This document shows, one piece after another, positions 1-11,276 of a stretch of DNA of 64,000 bases (position 1 is its first letter; the number at the start of each line of letters is the position of its first letter). Origin of the DNA: Escherichia coli (GTDB taxonomy: Bacteria > Pseudomonadota > Gammaproteobacteria > Enterobacterales > Enterobacteriaceae); NCBI RefSeq assembly GCF_013122565.1, contig NZ_CP053258.1. One strand, written 5' to 3'. The translations under genes were made by a program, and so were the position numbers. The notes beneath the pieces were generated by a model, which was given only the letters and a program-made list of their open reading frames with translations, was not told where the DNA came from and made no database searches.

Positions 1-1325
<1,325 letters not shown>

Positions 1326-1488
1326 TTAAACGGCTTAACAAAAATCCAGTAATATGGATTAAAAAGCAGACTAAACCCCAAATATTTCTTATGTTTTACT
1401 TTAGACCTATTCACGGTGGTTATTGTGTGCAAATACGCCTCTTGTTACAACCTTAACCCCAATGACCGATTTTCGGGAGAGCGACACC

Positions 1489-2127
1489 ATGAGTTTATTT
1501 GATAAAAAGCATCTGGTTTCCCCCGCCGATGCCCTGCCTGGACGTAACACCCCGATGCCCGTAGCCACGCTGCATGCAGTCAACGGTCACTCAATGACCA
1601 ATGTACCTGACGGAATGGAGATTGCCATTTTTGCGATGGGTTGTTTCTGGGGTGTGGAGCGTCTGTTCTGGCAGTTACCCGGCGTTTACAGCACCGCCGC
1701 AGGCTATACCGGTGGCTATACGCCAAATCCGACTTATCGGGAAGTGTGCTCCGGTGATACGGGTCATGCCGAAGCGGTACGCATTGTTTACGATCCTGCC
1801 GTCATCAGCTATGAGCAGTTGCTACAGGTATTTTGGGAGAATCACGATCCCGCCCAGGGAATGCGTCAGGGCAATGACCACGGCACGCAGTATCGTTCAG
1901 CGATTTATCCGCTGACCCCAGAACAGGATGCCGCAGCTCGCGCCAGTCTGGAACGTTTTCAGGCAGCGATGCTTGCCGCCGATGACGATCGTCGCATCAC
2001 CACGGAAATTGCTAACGCCACACCGTTTTATTATGCCGAAGATGACCACCAGCAATATCTGCATAAAAACCCGTATGGTTACTGTGGAATTGGCGGAATT
2101 GGCGTCTGTCTGCCACCGGAAGCATAG
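1489..2127 (+). CDS. msrA: Peptide methionine sulfoxide reductase MsrA
   Basis: Translation [19 protein letters not shown]... with GCFWG active-site motif; start placed at ATG 1489 (212 aa) rather than upstream in-frame ATG 1423. Confidence 0.93.
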   Translation: MSLFDKKHLVSPADALPGRNTPMPVATLHAVNGHSMTNVPDGMEIAIFAMGCFWGVERLFWQLPGVYSTAAGYTGGYTPNPTYREVCSGDTGHAEAVRIVYDPAVISYEQLLQVFWENHDPAQGMRQGNDHGTQYRSAIYPLTPEQDAAARASLERFQAAMLAADDDRRITTEIANATPFYYAEDDHQQYLHKNPYGYCGIGGIGVCLPPEA

Positions 2128-2174
2128 CGTTACGGGTACAAATGTAGTTTGTTGATAAAGTGCGTTTTGTTTAT

Positions 2175-2273
2175 GCCGGATGCGGCGTAAACGCCTTAAC
2201 AGGCCTACAAAATCGTCCAAATTCAATATATTGTGGGGACTGCGTAGGCCTGATCGGCATAGCGCATCGGGCA
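2175..2273. repeat. REP/BIME element (two inverted REP units)
   Basis: gccggatgcggcgtaaacgcctt...aggcctaca and tgcgtaggcctgatcggcatagcgcatcgggca, classic REP palindromes. Confidence 0.85.
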
Positions 2274-2449
2274 GTTTTGCATTTATCAGCAGCCTGAATT
2301 TTAACCCTCTGGCGGCTTTACAGTACCTTACGCTATACTAGCCACTGAAAATGCCGGTTCACTTTCTTCGAATCGGCTTTCAATGTGTATTTCACACAAA
2401 TTAATCAACTTCCCCTTCCGAGGATCTGGCCTGAAAGGTCGGATAAGAT

Positions 2450-3793
2450 ATGTTAAACAGTATTTTAGTCATACTCTGCTTGATCGCTGTAAGTGCGTTC
2501 TTCTCGATGTCCGAGATCTCGCTTGCCGCCTCACGCAAAATCAAACTTAAACTGCTGGCTGATGAAGGCAATATAAATGCCCAACGCGTTCTGAATATGC
2601 AGGAAAATCCCGGCATGTTCTTTACCGTGGTCCAAATCGGTCTGAACGCAGTGGCGATTCTCGGCGGTATCGTCGGTGATGCGGCATTTTCTCCAGCTTT
2701 TCACAGCCTGTTCTCCCGCTATATGTCGGCAGAGCTCTCTGAGCAACTGAGCTTTATTCTCTCTTTCTCGTTAGTGACTGGCATGTTTATCCTGTTTGCG
2801 GATTTAACCCCGAAACGCATCGGTATGATTGCGCCAGAAGCTGTGGCTTTGCGTATCATCAACCCGATGCGCTTCTGCCTGTACGTTTGCACCCCGCTGG
2901 TGTGGTTCTTCAACGGCCTGGCGAACATGATCTTCCGTATTTTCAAACTGCCAATGGTACGTAAAGATGACATCACTTCTGATGACATCTACGCGGTAGT
3001 GGAAGCCGGTGCGCTGGCGGGCGTGTTACGTAAACAGGAACACGAGCTGATTGAAAACGTCTTTGAGCTGGAATCCCGTACCGTTCCGTCGTCAATGACA
3101 CCGCGTGAAAACGTGATTTGGTTTGATCTCCACGAAGATGAGCAAAGTCTGAAGAATAAGGTGGCGGAACATCCGCACTCTAAGTTCCTCGTCTGTAATG
3201 AAGATATTGACCACATCATCGGCTATGTCGATTCTAAAGACCTGCTGAACCGCGTGCTGGCTAACCAAAGCCTGGCACTGAACAGCGGCGTACAAATTCG
3301 CAATACGCTGATTGTGCCGGATACGTTAACCCTTTCTGAAGCGTTGGAAAGTTTTAAAACCGCAGGTGAAGACTTCGCGGTGATCATGAACGAGTACGCG
3401 CTGGTAGTGGGGATCATCACCCTCAACGACGTGATGACCACGCTGATGGGCGATCTGGTCGGTCAGGGGCTGGAAGAGCAGATTGTCGCCCGTGATGAGA
3501 ACTCATGGCTGATTGACGGCGGCACCCCGATTGACGACGTCATGCGCGTGCTGGATATTGACGAGTTCCCGCAGTCGGGCAACTACGAAACCATCGGCGG
3601 CTTTATGATGTTTATGCTGCGTAAGATCCCGAAACGCACCGATTCGGTGAAATTCGCCGGCTACAAATTTGAAGTGGTGGATATCGATAACTACCGCATC
3701 GACCAGCTGCTGGTAACCCGGATCGACAGCAAGGCCACCGCCCTTTCGCCAAAACTGCCTGACGCTAAAGATAAAGAAGAAAGCGTCGCGTAA
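2450..3793 (+). CDS. ytfL: Inner membrane protein YtfL (CNNM/DUF21-CBS-CorC family)
   Basis: 447 aa ORF; hydrophobic N-terminal DUF21-like region followed by CBS/CorC-like C-terminus; synteny next to msrA. Confidence 0.9.
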   Translation: MLNSILVILCLIAVSAFFSMSEISLAASRKIKLKLLADEGNINAQRVLNMQENPGMFFTVVQIGLNAVAILGGIVGDAAFSPAFHSLFSRYMSAELSEQLSFILSFSLVTGMFILFADLTPKRIGMIAPEAVALRIINPMRFCLYVCTPLVWFFNGLANMIFRIFKLPMVRKDDITSDDIYAVVEAGALAGVLRKQEHELIENVFELESRTVPSSMTPRENVIWFDLHEDEQSLKNKVAEHPHSKFLVCNEDIDHIIGYVDSKDLLNRVLANQSLALNSGVQIRNTLIVPDTLTLSEALESFKTAGEDFAVIMNEYALVVGIITLNDVMTTLMGDLVGQGLEEQIVARDENSWLIDGGTPIDDVMRVLDIDEFPQSGNYETIGGFMMFMLRKIPKRTDSVKFAGYKFEVVDIDNYRIDQLLVTRIDSKATALSPKLPDAKDKEESVA

Positions 3794-3809
3794 CCCCCAG
3801 AAACATCAA

Positions 3810-3837
3810 CGGCTCCTGAATCAGGAGCCGTCTTATT
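3810..3837. terminator. Bidirectional intrinsic terminator between convergent ytfL and ytfK
   Basis: Perfect inverted repeat cggctcctga/tcaggagccg followed by T-rich tcttatt. Confidence 0.7.
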
Positions 3838-3854
3838 ACTGCATAGCACTTTGG

Positions 3855-4061
3855 TTAAGCCATCTCTGTTTGCAGACGCATAACCTGACGGTTAACTTCG
3901 GACATCACTGACAAATGCAGCTTATCCTTCACTTTTGGGATAAGAATCTTACCCTTATCAAATTCAAAAGCGCCAACGTCCTTGATGTATAACCGTCCAC
4001 GGAACAGGATCTTTACGTACTTCGCCACCTGAAGTGGGTTGTACCGTTGGAAAATTTTCAT
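3855..4061 (-). CDS. ytfK: Small protein YtfK (68 aa)
   Basis: Translation [38 protein letters not shown]...; start chosen at internal ATG giving 68 aa. Confidence 0.88.
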
Positions 4062-4385
4062 TGTTATCTCCTGCTGAGTATTACGCCTGTGCGGTGCCAC
4101 AATCGGCCCAACTATTATGAGGCGCAAATTTTAATGCTTAGTGACTATAGACTATCCGGGCAATGTTTCCACCGCGTATAACTTTTTTTACCTAAAGGTT
4201 ACAATTATTCAGAATTATCTTTTTACCGAAGCGCGGTCTTCAGTATAAGCATTCATTTTTCATATGATTTGTGCGCTTGACCGCAAACTGGCATCACACT
4301 TGCGGGAAATTCGATAAATAGCACATATGATTAAAACTCAGACCCAAGTGGTCGGATCACCTGCATATCATAAGAAGGAAACACC

Positions 4386-4940
4386 ATGACCCTACGCAAG
4401 ATTCTGGTACTCACCTGCCTGCTGTTGCCGATGATGGCTTCCGCACATCAGTTCGAAACCGGTCAGCGAGTGCCGCCGATTGGCATTACCGATCGTGGCG
4501 AGTTGGTGCTTGATAAAGATCAGTTTAGCTACAAAACCTGGAACAGCGCGCAGTTAGTGGGAAAAGTGCGAGTACTGCAACATATTGCTGGTCGCACCTC
4601 TGCAAAAGAGAAAAACGCGACGCTGATTGAAGCGATTAAATCAGCGAAGTTACCGCACGATCGTTACCAGACCACCACCATTGTTAACACCGACGACGCG
4701 ATTCCGGGTTCCGGCATGTTTGTGCGCAGCAGTCTGGAGAGTAATAAAAAGCTTTATCCCTGGTCGCAGTTTATTGTCGATAGCAATGGCATCGCGCGCG
4801 GTGCCTGGCAGCTGGATGAAGAAAGTTCCGCTGTAGTGGTGCTGGATAAGGATGGTCGCGTGCAATGGGCCAAAGACGGGGCGCTCACTCAGGAAGAGGT
4901 GCAGCAAGTGATGGACCTGCTGCAAAAGTTGCTCAAATAA
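4386..4940 (+). CDS. ytfJ: Periplasmic protein YtfJ
   Basis: 184 aa ORF with N-terminal signal peptide MTLRKILVLTCLLLPMMASA; synteny. Confidence 0.9.
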   Translation: MTLRKILVLTCLLLPMMASAHQFETGQRVPPIGITDRGELVLDKDQFSYKTWNSAQLVGKVRVLQHIAGRTSAKEKNATLIEAIKSAKLPHDRYQTTTIVNTDDAIPGSGMFVRSSLESNKKLYPWSQFIVDSNGIARGAWQLDEESSAVVVLDKDGRVQWAKDGALTQEEVQQVMDLLQKLLK

Positions 4941-5002
4941 TGGCAACAACATAGATTCTGCAAAAATAATATTCCCCTGTCGATACCTATGGGATAGGGG
5001 AA

Positions 5003-5785
5003 TTAAGTGTATGAGTTCTTACGCCGAACTAATACTGGTAACGCTAGTTGCTCTTTTTTAAACGCCTCAATGGTAGATTTATATTTCTCGCAAATCTCCT
5101 CTTCGGTAATATCACTATCTACCGCCAGATTCGCACTTACTATCGCATCCACTTGTTCGGCTAATTCCACTTGTTGGCAACCTGCATTAACCAGAAAATT
5201 ATAAATAAGAGAGTAATCTTCATCCTCCAAAACAACAAAGGAACCATTACGAAAACGTTCATCCCCTCCATAGATTGTAAGCACAGAGCCCAAAGATTCT
5301 ATGACTATGGCAAAATTATCATCAATTATTTTTTCGTAAATATACCATCCATCGCATTCTTTAATTCCACCTCCTGGTATTTGGAGTTCAAATTTACCCC
5401 GTTTTAATTTGCTTACTATATCCTCCAATAAGGCATAACCTAAAGACACGTCACCAAACGCCTGGCGAATATAACCTTTAATCCTTTTCGGTATGTCAGA
5501 CTGTTTTTTCTGTAAAATATCCCAGGCATACAATCTTCTGTTTTGTTCTAACGGAAACTCGCGGTTTTTGAAATCCATGAATGAGTTATACTCATTTATT
5601 GTTATGGGAATTTCTTCGTATTCAAACCCACTGCCTCGCAATGTCATTGTATATTCGGCACCGTTATCTTTAAGGCTGAAACTGATAAGAAACTTATCCA
5701 TGGCGTTAACAGTTTCATTTTTTGATGAAAGTACCTGATAACTATTTTTATCAATCTGAGTTGCGCAACGAAAGAACTCCCTCAA
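5003..5785 (-). CDS. Hypothetical acidic cytoplasmic protein, AT-rich orphan occupying the ytfI position
   Basis: 260 aa ORF starting at TTG (in-frame TAG 8 codons upstream); no recognisable motif; visibly AT-rich coding and flanks; weak ribosome-binding signals. Confidence 0.55.
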   Translation of the reverse strand: MREFFRCATQIDKNSYQVLSSKNETVNAMDKFLISFSLKDNGAEYTMTLRGSGFEYEEIPITINEYNSFMDFKNREFPLEQNRRLYAWDILQKKQSDIPKRIKGYIRQAFGDVSLGYALLEDIVSKLKRGKFELQIPGGGIKECDGWYIYEKIIDDNFAIVIESLGSVLTIYGGDERFRNGSFVVLEDEDYSLIYNFLVNAGCQQVELAEQVDAIVSANLAVDSDITEEEICEKYKSTIEAFKKEQLALPVLVRRKNSYT

Positions 5786-6152
5786 AGTTAAGAGGCTATC
5801 ATAATTCTAAACCCAATCTTTTTCCCTAAATGCATGCTGAATATTATTAAAAAAATTGTTTGAATGTGTTTTTGTATGCGATGATTTTACAAATAACTCC
5901 ACCGCACCAATAAAATTATTGTGTCTGATCCTGGGTAACATATGGCTACCTTATTTTATTTGGTTATTTTATGTCGCCATTAAATATCTCATTATAGAAG
6001 TAAACTATCAAAAAACGCTCATTATTAAAATGTTACTTATTAGCAATTGAATTTTTGCACTTTAAATACAATCTCTTTTTATTTATAACTTTTTAGGTTG
6101 GGAGAAATCAGCATGGCAGAATCAGGAAATACACTGTTTCTGCCATCTGAAT

Positions 6153-6893
6153 TTAGTAAATAGACACTCTGAACCCCGGATTCAGGAACGACTCGCGCGG
6201 AGTGTAATCCAGCGGTTTACCCTGCCAGTCGTGAACGTGCGCTCCGGCAGCTGCAGCCACAGCATGACCGGCGGCGGTGTCCCAAATATTCGTTGGTCCG
6301 AAGCGCGGGTACAGCTGCGCCTGTCCTTCCGCCACCAGGCAGAATTTCAGCGAAGAGCCGATGGACGTGGTCTGATGTTCGCCAAGCTGTTGCAGATACT
6401 CTTTCAGCTCCGCATCTGCATGGGAACGGCTGATAACCACCAGCGGCGGGCGCGCATCGCGGACCTGAATCTGCTTGCGCACACCGCACTCTTCTTTCCA
6501 GGCTTTGCCTTCTGCCGCGCTGTACATTACGTTCATTACCGGCGCATACACCACACCTAAAATCGGTTTGCCGTGGTCGATGAGCGCAATGTTAACGGTG
6601 AATTCGCCATTACGTTTAATAAACTCTTTAGTACCATCCAGCGGGTCTACCAGCCAGTAACGCTGCCAGTGCTGACGGACTTCCCAACCGGGAGGATCTT
6701 CTTCAGAAAGGACCGGAATATCCGGTGTCAGCGTACGTAAACCGTCCATGATAACGGTGTGTGCGGCAATATCCGCTGCCGTTACCGGAGAATTGTCCGC
6801 TTTGCTGACGACGTCCATCGGTTTCGTCCCGTCGTAGACCTGCATAATGGCATCGCCTGCATTCCGTGCAAGCTGGCATACTTGATCTAACAT
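6153..6893 (-). CDS. cysQ: 3'(2'),5'-bisphosphate nucleotidase CysQ
   Basis: 246 aa, inositol-monophosphatase-family motifs ([15 protein letters not shown]); C-terminus ...GFRVSIY. Confidence 0.93.
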   Translation of the reverse strand: MLDQVCQLARNAGDAIMQVYDGTKPMDVVSKADNSPVTAADIAAHTVIMDGLRTLTPDIPVLSEEDPPGWEVRQHWQRYWLVDPLDGTKEFIKRNGEFTVNIALIDHGKPILGVVYAPVMNVMYSAAEGKAWKEECGVRKQIQVRDARPPLVVISRSHADAELKEYLQQLGEHQTTSIGSSLKFCLVAEGQAQLYPRFGPTNIWDTAAGHAVAAAAGAHVHDWQGKPLDYTPRESFLNPGFRVSIY

Positions 6894-7082
6894 TTCTCCA
6901 CCTCGTCTCTGTGAGCGGTGTTAACTTATTGTTTTACTTATACCCTATCGTTAATGAATGCGCCAACTGTGATAGTGTCATCATTTTCAAAGCGTAAAAT
7001 TGTGGCATTCTTCACTGTTCTATAAGTAAGACGTTTATTCTCCCTTTTCTTTCGTATTCCCGATGATAAAAGGATGTCCCTG

Positions 7083-9026
7083 ATGATTAAGTTTAGCGCA
7101 ACGCTCCTGGCCACGCTGATTGCCGCCAGTGTGAATGCAGCGACGGTCGATCTGCGTATCATGGAAACCACTGATCTGCATAGCAACATGATGGATTTCG
7201 ATTATTACAAAGACACCGCCACGGAAAAATTCGGACTGGTACGTACGGCAAGCCTGATTAACGATGCCCGCAATGAAGTGAAAAACAGCGTACTGGTCGA
7301 TAACGGCGATTTGATTCAGGGGAGTCCGCTGGCCGATTACATGTCGGCGAAAGGATTAAAAGCAGGTGATATTCACCCGGTCTATAAGGCATTAAATACG
7401 CTGGACTATACCGTCGGCACGCTTGGCAACCATGAGTTTAACTACGGTCTGGATTACCTGAAAAATGCGCTGGCAGGAGCGAAATTTCCTTATGTAAATG
7501 CCAACGTCATTGACGCCAGAACCAAACAGCCAATGTTTACACCGTATTTAATTAAAGATACCGAAGTGGTCGATAAGGACGGAAAAAAACAGACGCTGAA
7601 GATTGGCTATATTGGCGTCGTGCCGCCGCAAATCATGGGCTGGGATAAAGCTAATTTATCCGGGAAAGTGACGGTAAATGATATTACCGAAACCGTGCGC
7701 AAATACGTGCCTGAAATGCGCGAGAAAGGTGCCGATGTTATTGTCGTTCTGGCGCATTCCGGGCTGTCTGCCGATCCGTATAAAGTGATGGCGGAAAACT
7801 CAGTTTATTACCTCAGTGAAATTCCGGGCGTTAACGCCATTATGTTTGGTCATGCTCACGCCGTTTTCCCAGGTAAAGATTTTGCTGATATCGAAGGGGC
7901 TGATATCGCGAAAGGCACGCTGAATGGTGTTCCGGCGGTAATGCCAGGCATGTGGGGCGATCATCTTGGTGTAGTCGACTTACAACTCAGTAATGACAGC
8001 GGTAAATGGCAGGTGACGCAGGCGAAAGCGGAAGCACGACCGATTTACGACATCGCTAATAAAAAATCCCTCGCGGCGGAAGACAGCAAGCTGGTAGAAA
8101 CACTCAAAGCCGATCACGATGCCACACGCCAGTTCGTCAGCAAGCCAATCGGTAAATCTGCCGACAATATGTATAGCTATCTGGCGCTGGTGCAGGACGA
8201 TCCGACCGTGCAGGTGGTGAACAACGCGCAAAAAGCGTATGTCGAGCATTACATTCAGGGCGATCCGGATCTGGCAAAACTGCCGGTGCTTTCAGCTGCC
8301 GCACCGTTTAAAGTTGGTGGTCGCAAAAATGACCCGGCAAGCTATGTGGAAGTGGAAAAAGGCCAGTTGACCTTCCGTAATGCCGCCGATCTTTATCTCT
8401 ATCCCAATACGCTGATTGTGGTGAAAGCCAACGGTAAAGAGGTGAAAGAGTGGCTGGAGTGCTCCGCCGGACAGTTTAACCAGATTGATCCTAACAGCAC
8501 GAAACCACAGTCACTCATCAACTGGGATAGTTTCCGCACCTATAACTTTGATGTGATTGATGGTGTGAATTATCAGATTGATGTTACCCAGCCTGCCCGT
8601 TATGACGGCGAGTGCCAGATGGTTAATGCCAATGCGGAAAGGATTAAGAACCTGACCTTTAATGGCAAGCCGATTGATCCGAACGCCATGTTCCTCGTTG
8701 CCACCAATAACTATCGCGCTTACGGCGGCAAATTTGCTGGTACGGGCGACAGCCATATCGCTTTTGCTTCACCGGATGAGAACCGCTCGGTGCTGGCAGC
8801 TTGGATTGCTGATGAGTCGAAACGTGCGGGGGAAATTCACCCGGCAGCAGATAACAACTGGCGTTTAGCACCGATTGCCGGCGATAAGAAACTGGATATC
8901 CGTTTCGAAACCTCTCCGTCAGATAAAGCCGCAGCGTTTATTAAAGAGAAAGGGCAATATCCGATGAATAAAGTCGCGACCGATGATATCGGGTTTGCGA
9001 TTTATCAGGTGGATTTGAGTAAGTAA
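7083..9026 (+). CDS. cpdB: 2',3'-cyclic-nucleotide 2'-phosphodiesterase / 3'-nucleotidase CpdB
   Basis: 647 aa from [19 protein letters not shown] signal peptide; calcineurin-like metallophosphatase plus 5'-nucleotidase C-terminal region. Confidence 0.93.
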   Translation: MIKFSATLLATLIAASVNAATVDLRIMETTDLHSNMMDFDYYKDTATEKFGLVRTASLINDARNEVKNSVLVDNGDLIQGSPLADYMSAKGLKAGDIHPVYKALNTLDYTVGTLGNHEFNYGLDYLKNALAGAKFPYVNANVIDARTKQPMFTPYLIKDTEVVDKDGKKQTLKIGYIGVVPPQIMGWDKANLSGKVTVNDITETVRKYVPEMREKGADVIVVLAHSGLSADPYKVMAENSVYYLSEIPGVNAIMFGHAHAVFPGKDFADIEGADIAKGTLNGVPAVMPGMWGDHLGVVDLQLSNDSGKWQVTQAKAEARPIYDIANKKSLAAEDSKLVETLKADHDATRQFVSKPIGKSADNMYSYLALVQDDPTVQVVNNAQKAYVEHYIQGDPDLAKLPVLSAAAPFKVGGRKNDPASYVEVEKGQLTFRNAADLYLYPNTLIVVKANGKEVKEWLECSAGQFNQIDPNSTKPQSLINWDSFRTYNFDVIDGVNYQIDVTQPARYDGECQMVNANAERIKNLTFNGKPIDPNAMFLVATNNYRAYGGKFAGTGDSHIAFASPDENRSVLAAWIADESKRAGEIHPAADNNWRLAPIAGDKKLDIRFETSPSDKAAAFIKEKGQYPMNKVATDDIGFAIYQVDLSK

Positions 9027-9044
9027 AACACTTCTTTTTCGGCC

Positions 9045-9236
9045 TATAAATCATCAACCGCATCCGGCACTTTTGGCGGATGCGCTGCTGGCGCATCTTA
9101 TCCGCCCTACAAGCCATGAACCGTTGACCATATAAGCGCAGCGCATCCGGCTCTTCCTGGCGGAGGCGATGCTGACGCATCTTATCCGCCCTACAAGCCA
9201 TGAACCATAGACCGGATAAGCGCAGCGCATCCGGCA
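9045..9236. repeat. Composite REP/BIME cluster with tandemly duplicated ~85 bp unit
   Basis: Two copies of gatgc(t)g...gcgcatcttatccgccctacaagccatgaacc...ataagcgcagcgcatccggc. Confidence 0.8.
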
Positions 9237-9237
9237 G

Positions 9238-9402
9238 TTATGCCGCACGTTCATCCCGCACCGCTAACACCTCGGGCAAATTCAACTCAATCCAGTCCGC
9301 CAGTGCAGCAACCTTTTCGCTCACCTGCTCGCCCAGCGGCGTGAGGCTGTATTCCACATGCGGCGGCGTTACTGGCGTTGTCCGGCCAATGTTAATAACT
9401 AG
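9238..9402 (-). pseudogene. ytfH: Truncated remnant of HxlR-family regulator ytfH (C-terminal ~45 codons only)
   Basis: Minus-strand frame reads ...PVTPPHVEYSLTPLGEQVSEKVAALADWIELNLPEVLAVRDERAA*; in-frame stop at 9403-9405 leaves at most 54 codons, no N-terminal HTH region. Confidence 0.55.
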
Positions 9403-9500
9403 TTAATTAAAGTGGCATCCTCCCGCATCCTCTCTGATAATGACGGGATGCCGGGAGCAATCATGTCTGCTTCCTGAACTTTCTTCTGACAGATCAATGG

Positions 9501-10502
9501 ATGCCAGTAATGATTAGCGGCGTGCTGTACGCCCTGTTAGCAGGGTTGATGTGGGGGCTTATCTTTGTCGGGCCGTTGATCGTGCCGGAATACCCGGCGA
9601 TGTTGCAGTCGATGGGGCGTTATCTGGCGTTAGGGTTAATTGCGCTACCCATTGCCTGGCTGGGACGCGTGCGTCTGCGTCAGTTGGCGCGTCGCGACTG
9701 GCTTACCGCCTTGATGCTCACCATGATGGGCAACCTTATCTATTACTTCTGCCTTGCCAGTGCCATTCAACGTACTGGCGCGCCTGTTTCCACGATGATT
9801 ATCGGCACCCTGCCGGTGGTCATTCCTGTCTTTGCCAATCTGCTTTATAGCCAGCGCGACGGCAAACTCGCATGGGGAAAACTCGCCCCGGCACTGGTTT
9901 GTATTGGCATCGGCCTGGCGTGTGTGAATGTTGCTGAGTTAAACCACGGACTCCCCGATTTTGACTGGGCACGTTATACCTCTGGCATCGTGCTGGCGTT
10001 AGTTTCCGTGGTCTGCTGGGCGTGGTATGCCCTGCGCAACGCCCGCTGGCTGCGGGAAAATCCCGACAAACATCCGATGATGTGGGCAACGGCGCAGGCG
10101 CTGGTCACGCTGCCGGTTTCTCTCATCGGCTATCTCGTCGCTTGTTACTGGCTGAATACGCAAACGCCGGATTTCACGCTTCCTTTTGGCCCGCGTCCGT
10201 TGGTTTTTATCAGCCTGATGGTCGCAATCGCTATTCTCTGCTCGTGGGTGGGCGCGCTTTGCTGGAATATCGCCAGCCAGCGTTTGCCTACGGTGATCCT
10301 CGGCCCGTTAATCGTGTTTGAGACGCTGGCGGGTTTGCTGTACACCTTTTTGCTACGCCAGCAATTGCCATCGCTGTTAACGTTTAGCGGCATTGCGCTG
10401 TTAGTGATTGGCGTGGTGATTGCGGTTCGGGCGAAGCCGGAGAAACCGTTGAGTGTCACTATTACCGACGTTAACAAACCCACTGCCACGAAAGGGTTAT
10501 AG
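9501..10502 (+). CDS. ytfF: Inner membrane DMT/EamA-family transporter YtfF
   Basis: 333 aa polytopic membrane ORF; synteny immediately upstream of ytfE; exact start uncertain. Confidence 0.85.
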   Translation: MPVMISGVLYALLAGLMWGLIFVGPLIVPEYPAMLQSMGRYLALGLIALPIAWLGRVRLRQLARRDWLTALMLTMMGNLIYYFCLASAIQRTGAPVSTMIIGTLPVVIPVFANLLYSQRDGKLAWGKLAPALVCIGIGLACVNVAELNHGLPDFDWARYTSGIVLALVSVVCWAWYALRNARWLRENPDKHPMMWATAQALVTLPVSLIGYLVACYWLNTQTPDFTLPFGPRPLVFISLMVAIAILCSWVGALCWNIASQRLPTVILGPLIVFETLAGLLYTFLLRQQLPSLLTFSGIALLVIGVVIAVRAKPEKPLSVTITDVNKPTATKGL

Positions 10503-10512
10503 CTTTACCTAA

Positions 10513-10535
10513 AAGATGCATTTAATATGCATCTT
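10513..10535. promoter_or_regulatory. NsrR-type operator upstream of ytfE
   Basis: aagatgcatttaatatgcatctt: 9-bp perfect inverted arms, 27 bp upstream of ytfE start; matches the known NsrR palindrome. Confidence 0.75.
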
Positions 10536-10561
10536 ATATTTTTCACCATGAGGTATCCGCT

Positions 10562-11224
10562 ATGGCTTATCGCGACCAATCTTTAGGGGAACTGGCACTC
10601 GCTATTCCTCGCGCTTCGGCACTGTTTCGTCAATATGATATGGATTACTGCTGCGGCGGTAAGCAAACGCTGGCGCGCGCGGCAGCACGTAAGGAGCTGG
10701 ATGTTGAGGTCATTGAAGCCAAACTGGCAAAGCTTGCAGAACAACCGATTGAGAAAGACTGGCGTAGCGCCCCGCTGGCGGAAATCATCGACCATATCAT
10801 CGTGCGCTACCACGATCGTCACCGCGAACAACTGCCAGAGTTGATCCTGCAAGCTTCTAAAGTCGAGCGCGTTCACGCCGACAAACCGAGCGTGCCAAAA
10901 GGGCTGACAAAATACCTGACCATGCTGCATGAAGAGCTTTCCAGCCACATGATGAAAGAAGAGCAGATCCTCTTCCCGATGATCAAACAAGGCATGGGCA
11001 GCCAGGCGATGGGGCCAATCAGCGTAATGGAAAGCGAGCACGATGAAGCGGGCGAACTGCTGGAAGTGATTAAACACACCACCAATAACGTCACACCGCC
11101 GCCGGAAGCCTGCACCACCTGGAAAGCGATGTATAACGGTATTAATGAATTGATTGATGACCTGATGGAGCACATCAGCCTGGAAAACAATGTGCTGTTC
11201 CCACGCGCGCTGGCTGGTGAGTGA
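10562..11224 (+). CDS. ytfE: Iron-sulfur cluster repair di-iron protein YtfE (RIC)
   Basis: 220 aa; ScdA_N plus hemerythrin-like region (HH..EE motifs); synteny. Confidence 0.93.
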   Translation: MAYRDQSLGELALAIPRASALFRQYDMDYCCGGKQTLARAAARKELDVEVIEAKLAKLAEQPIEKDWRSAPLAEIIDHIIVRYHDRHREQLPELILQASKVERVHADKPSVPKGLTKYLTMLHEELSSHMMKEEQILFPMIKQGMGSQAMGPISVMESEHDEAGELLEVIKHTTNNVTPPPEACTTWKAMYNGINELIDDLMEHISLENNVLFPRALAGE

Positions 11225-11232
11225 TTCGTTCG

Positions 11233-11265
11233 ATCAACGATCCTGACATGTACGGGATCGTTGAT
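11233..11265. terminator. Hairpin between convergent ytfE and downstream repeat-protein gene
   Basis: 11-bp perfect stem atcaacgatcc/ggatcgttgat with 11-nt loop; weak T-tract. Confidence 0.5.
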
Positions 11266-11276
11266 TGTTAAGAGGT

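Noticed and set aside
1423-1488. Upstream in-frame ATG as msrA start (234-aa product)
   Set aside because: MsrA N-terminus MSLFDKK begins at 1489; the extension lacks conservation and falls in the divergent tamA/msrA promoter region.
5856-6050. 64-aa hydrophobic small ORF upstream of the ytfI-position gene
   Set aside because: Lies in extremely AT-rich promoter DNA where open frames arise by chance; no RBS; not confidently a gene.
9045-9236. Possible CRISPR array (repeated ~30-40 bp units)
   Set aside because: Units are REP/BIME-type imperfect palindromes with irregular spacing, no uniform spacers and no cas genes nearby.
9200-9406. 68-aa plus-strand ORF
   Set aside because: Spans REP repeats and the antisense of the ytfH remnant; Ser/Ala-rich chance frame.
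10583-11173. 196-aa minus-strand ORF
   Set aside because: Entirely antisense within ytfE, which has a strong family match.
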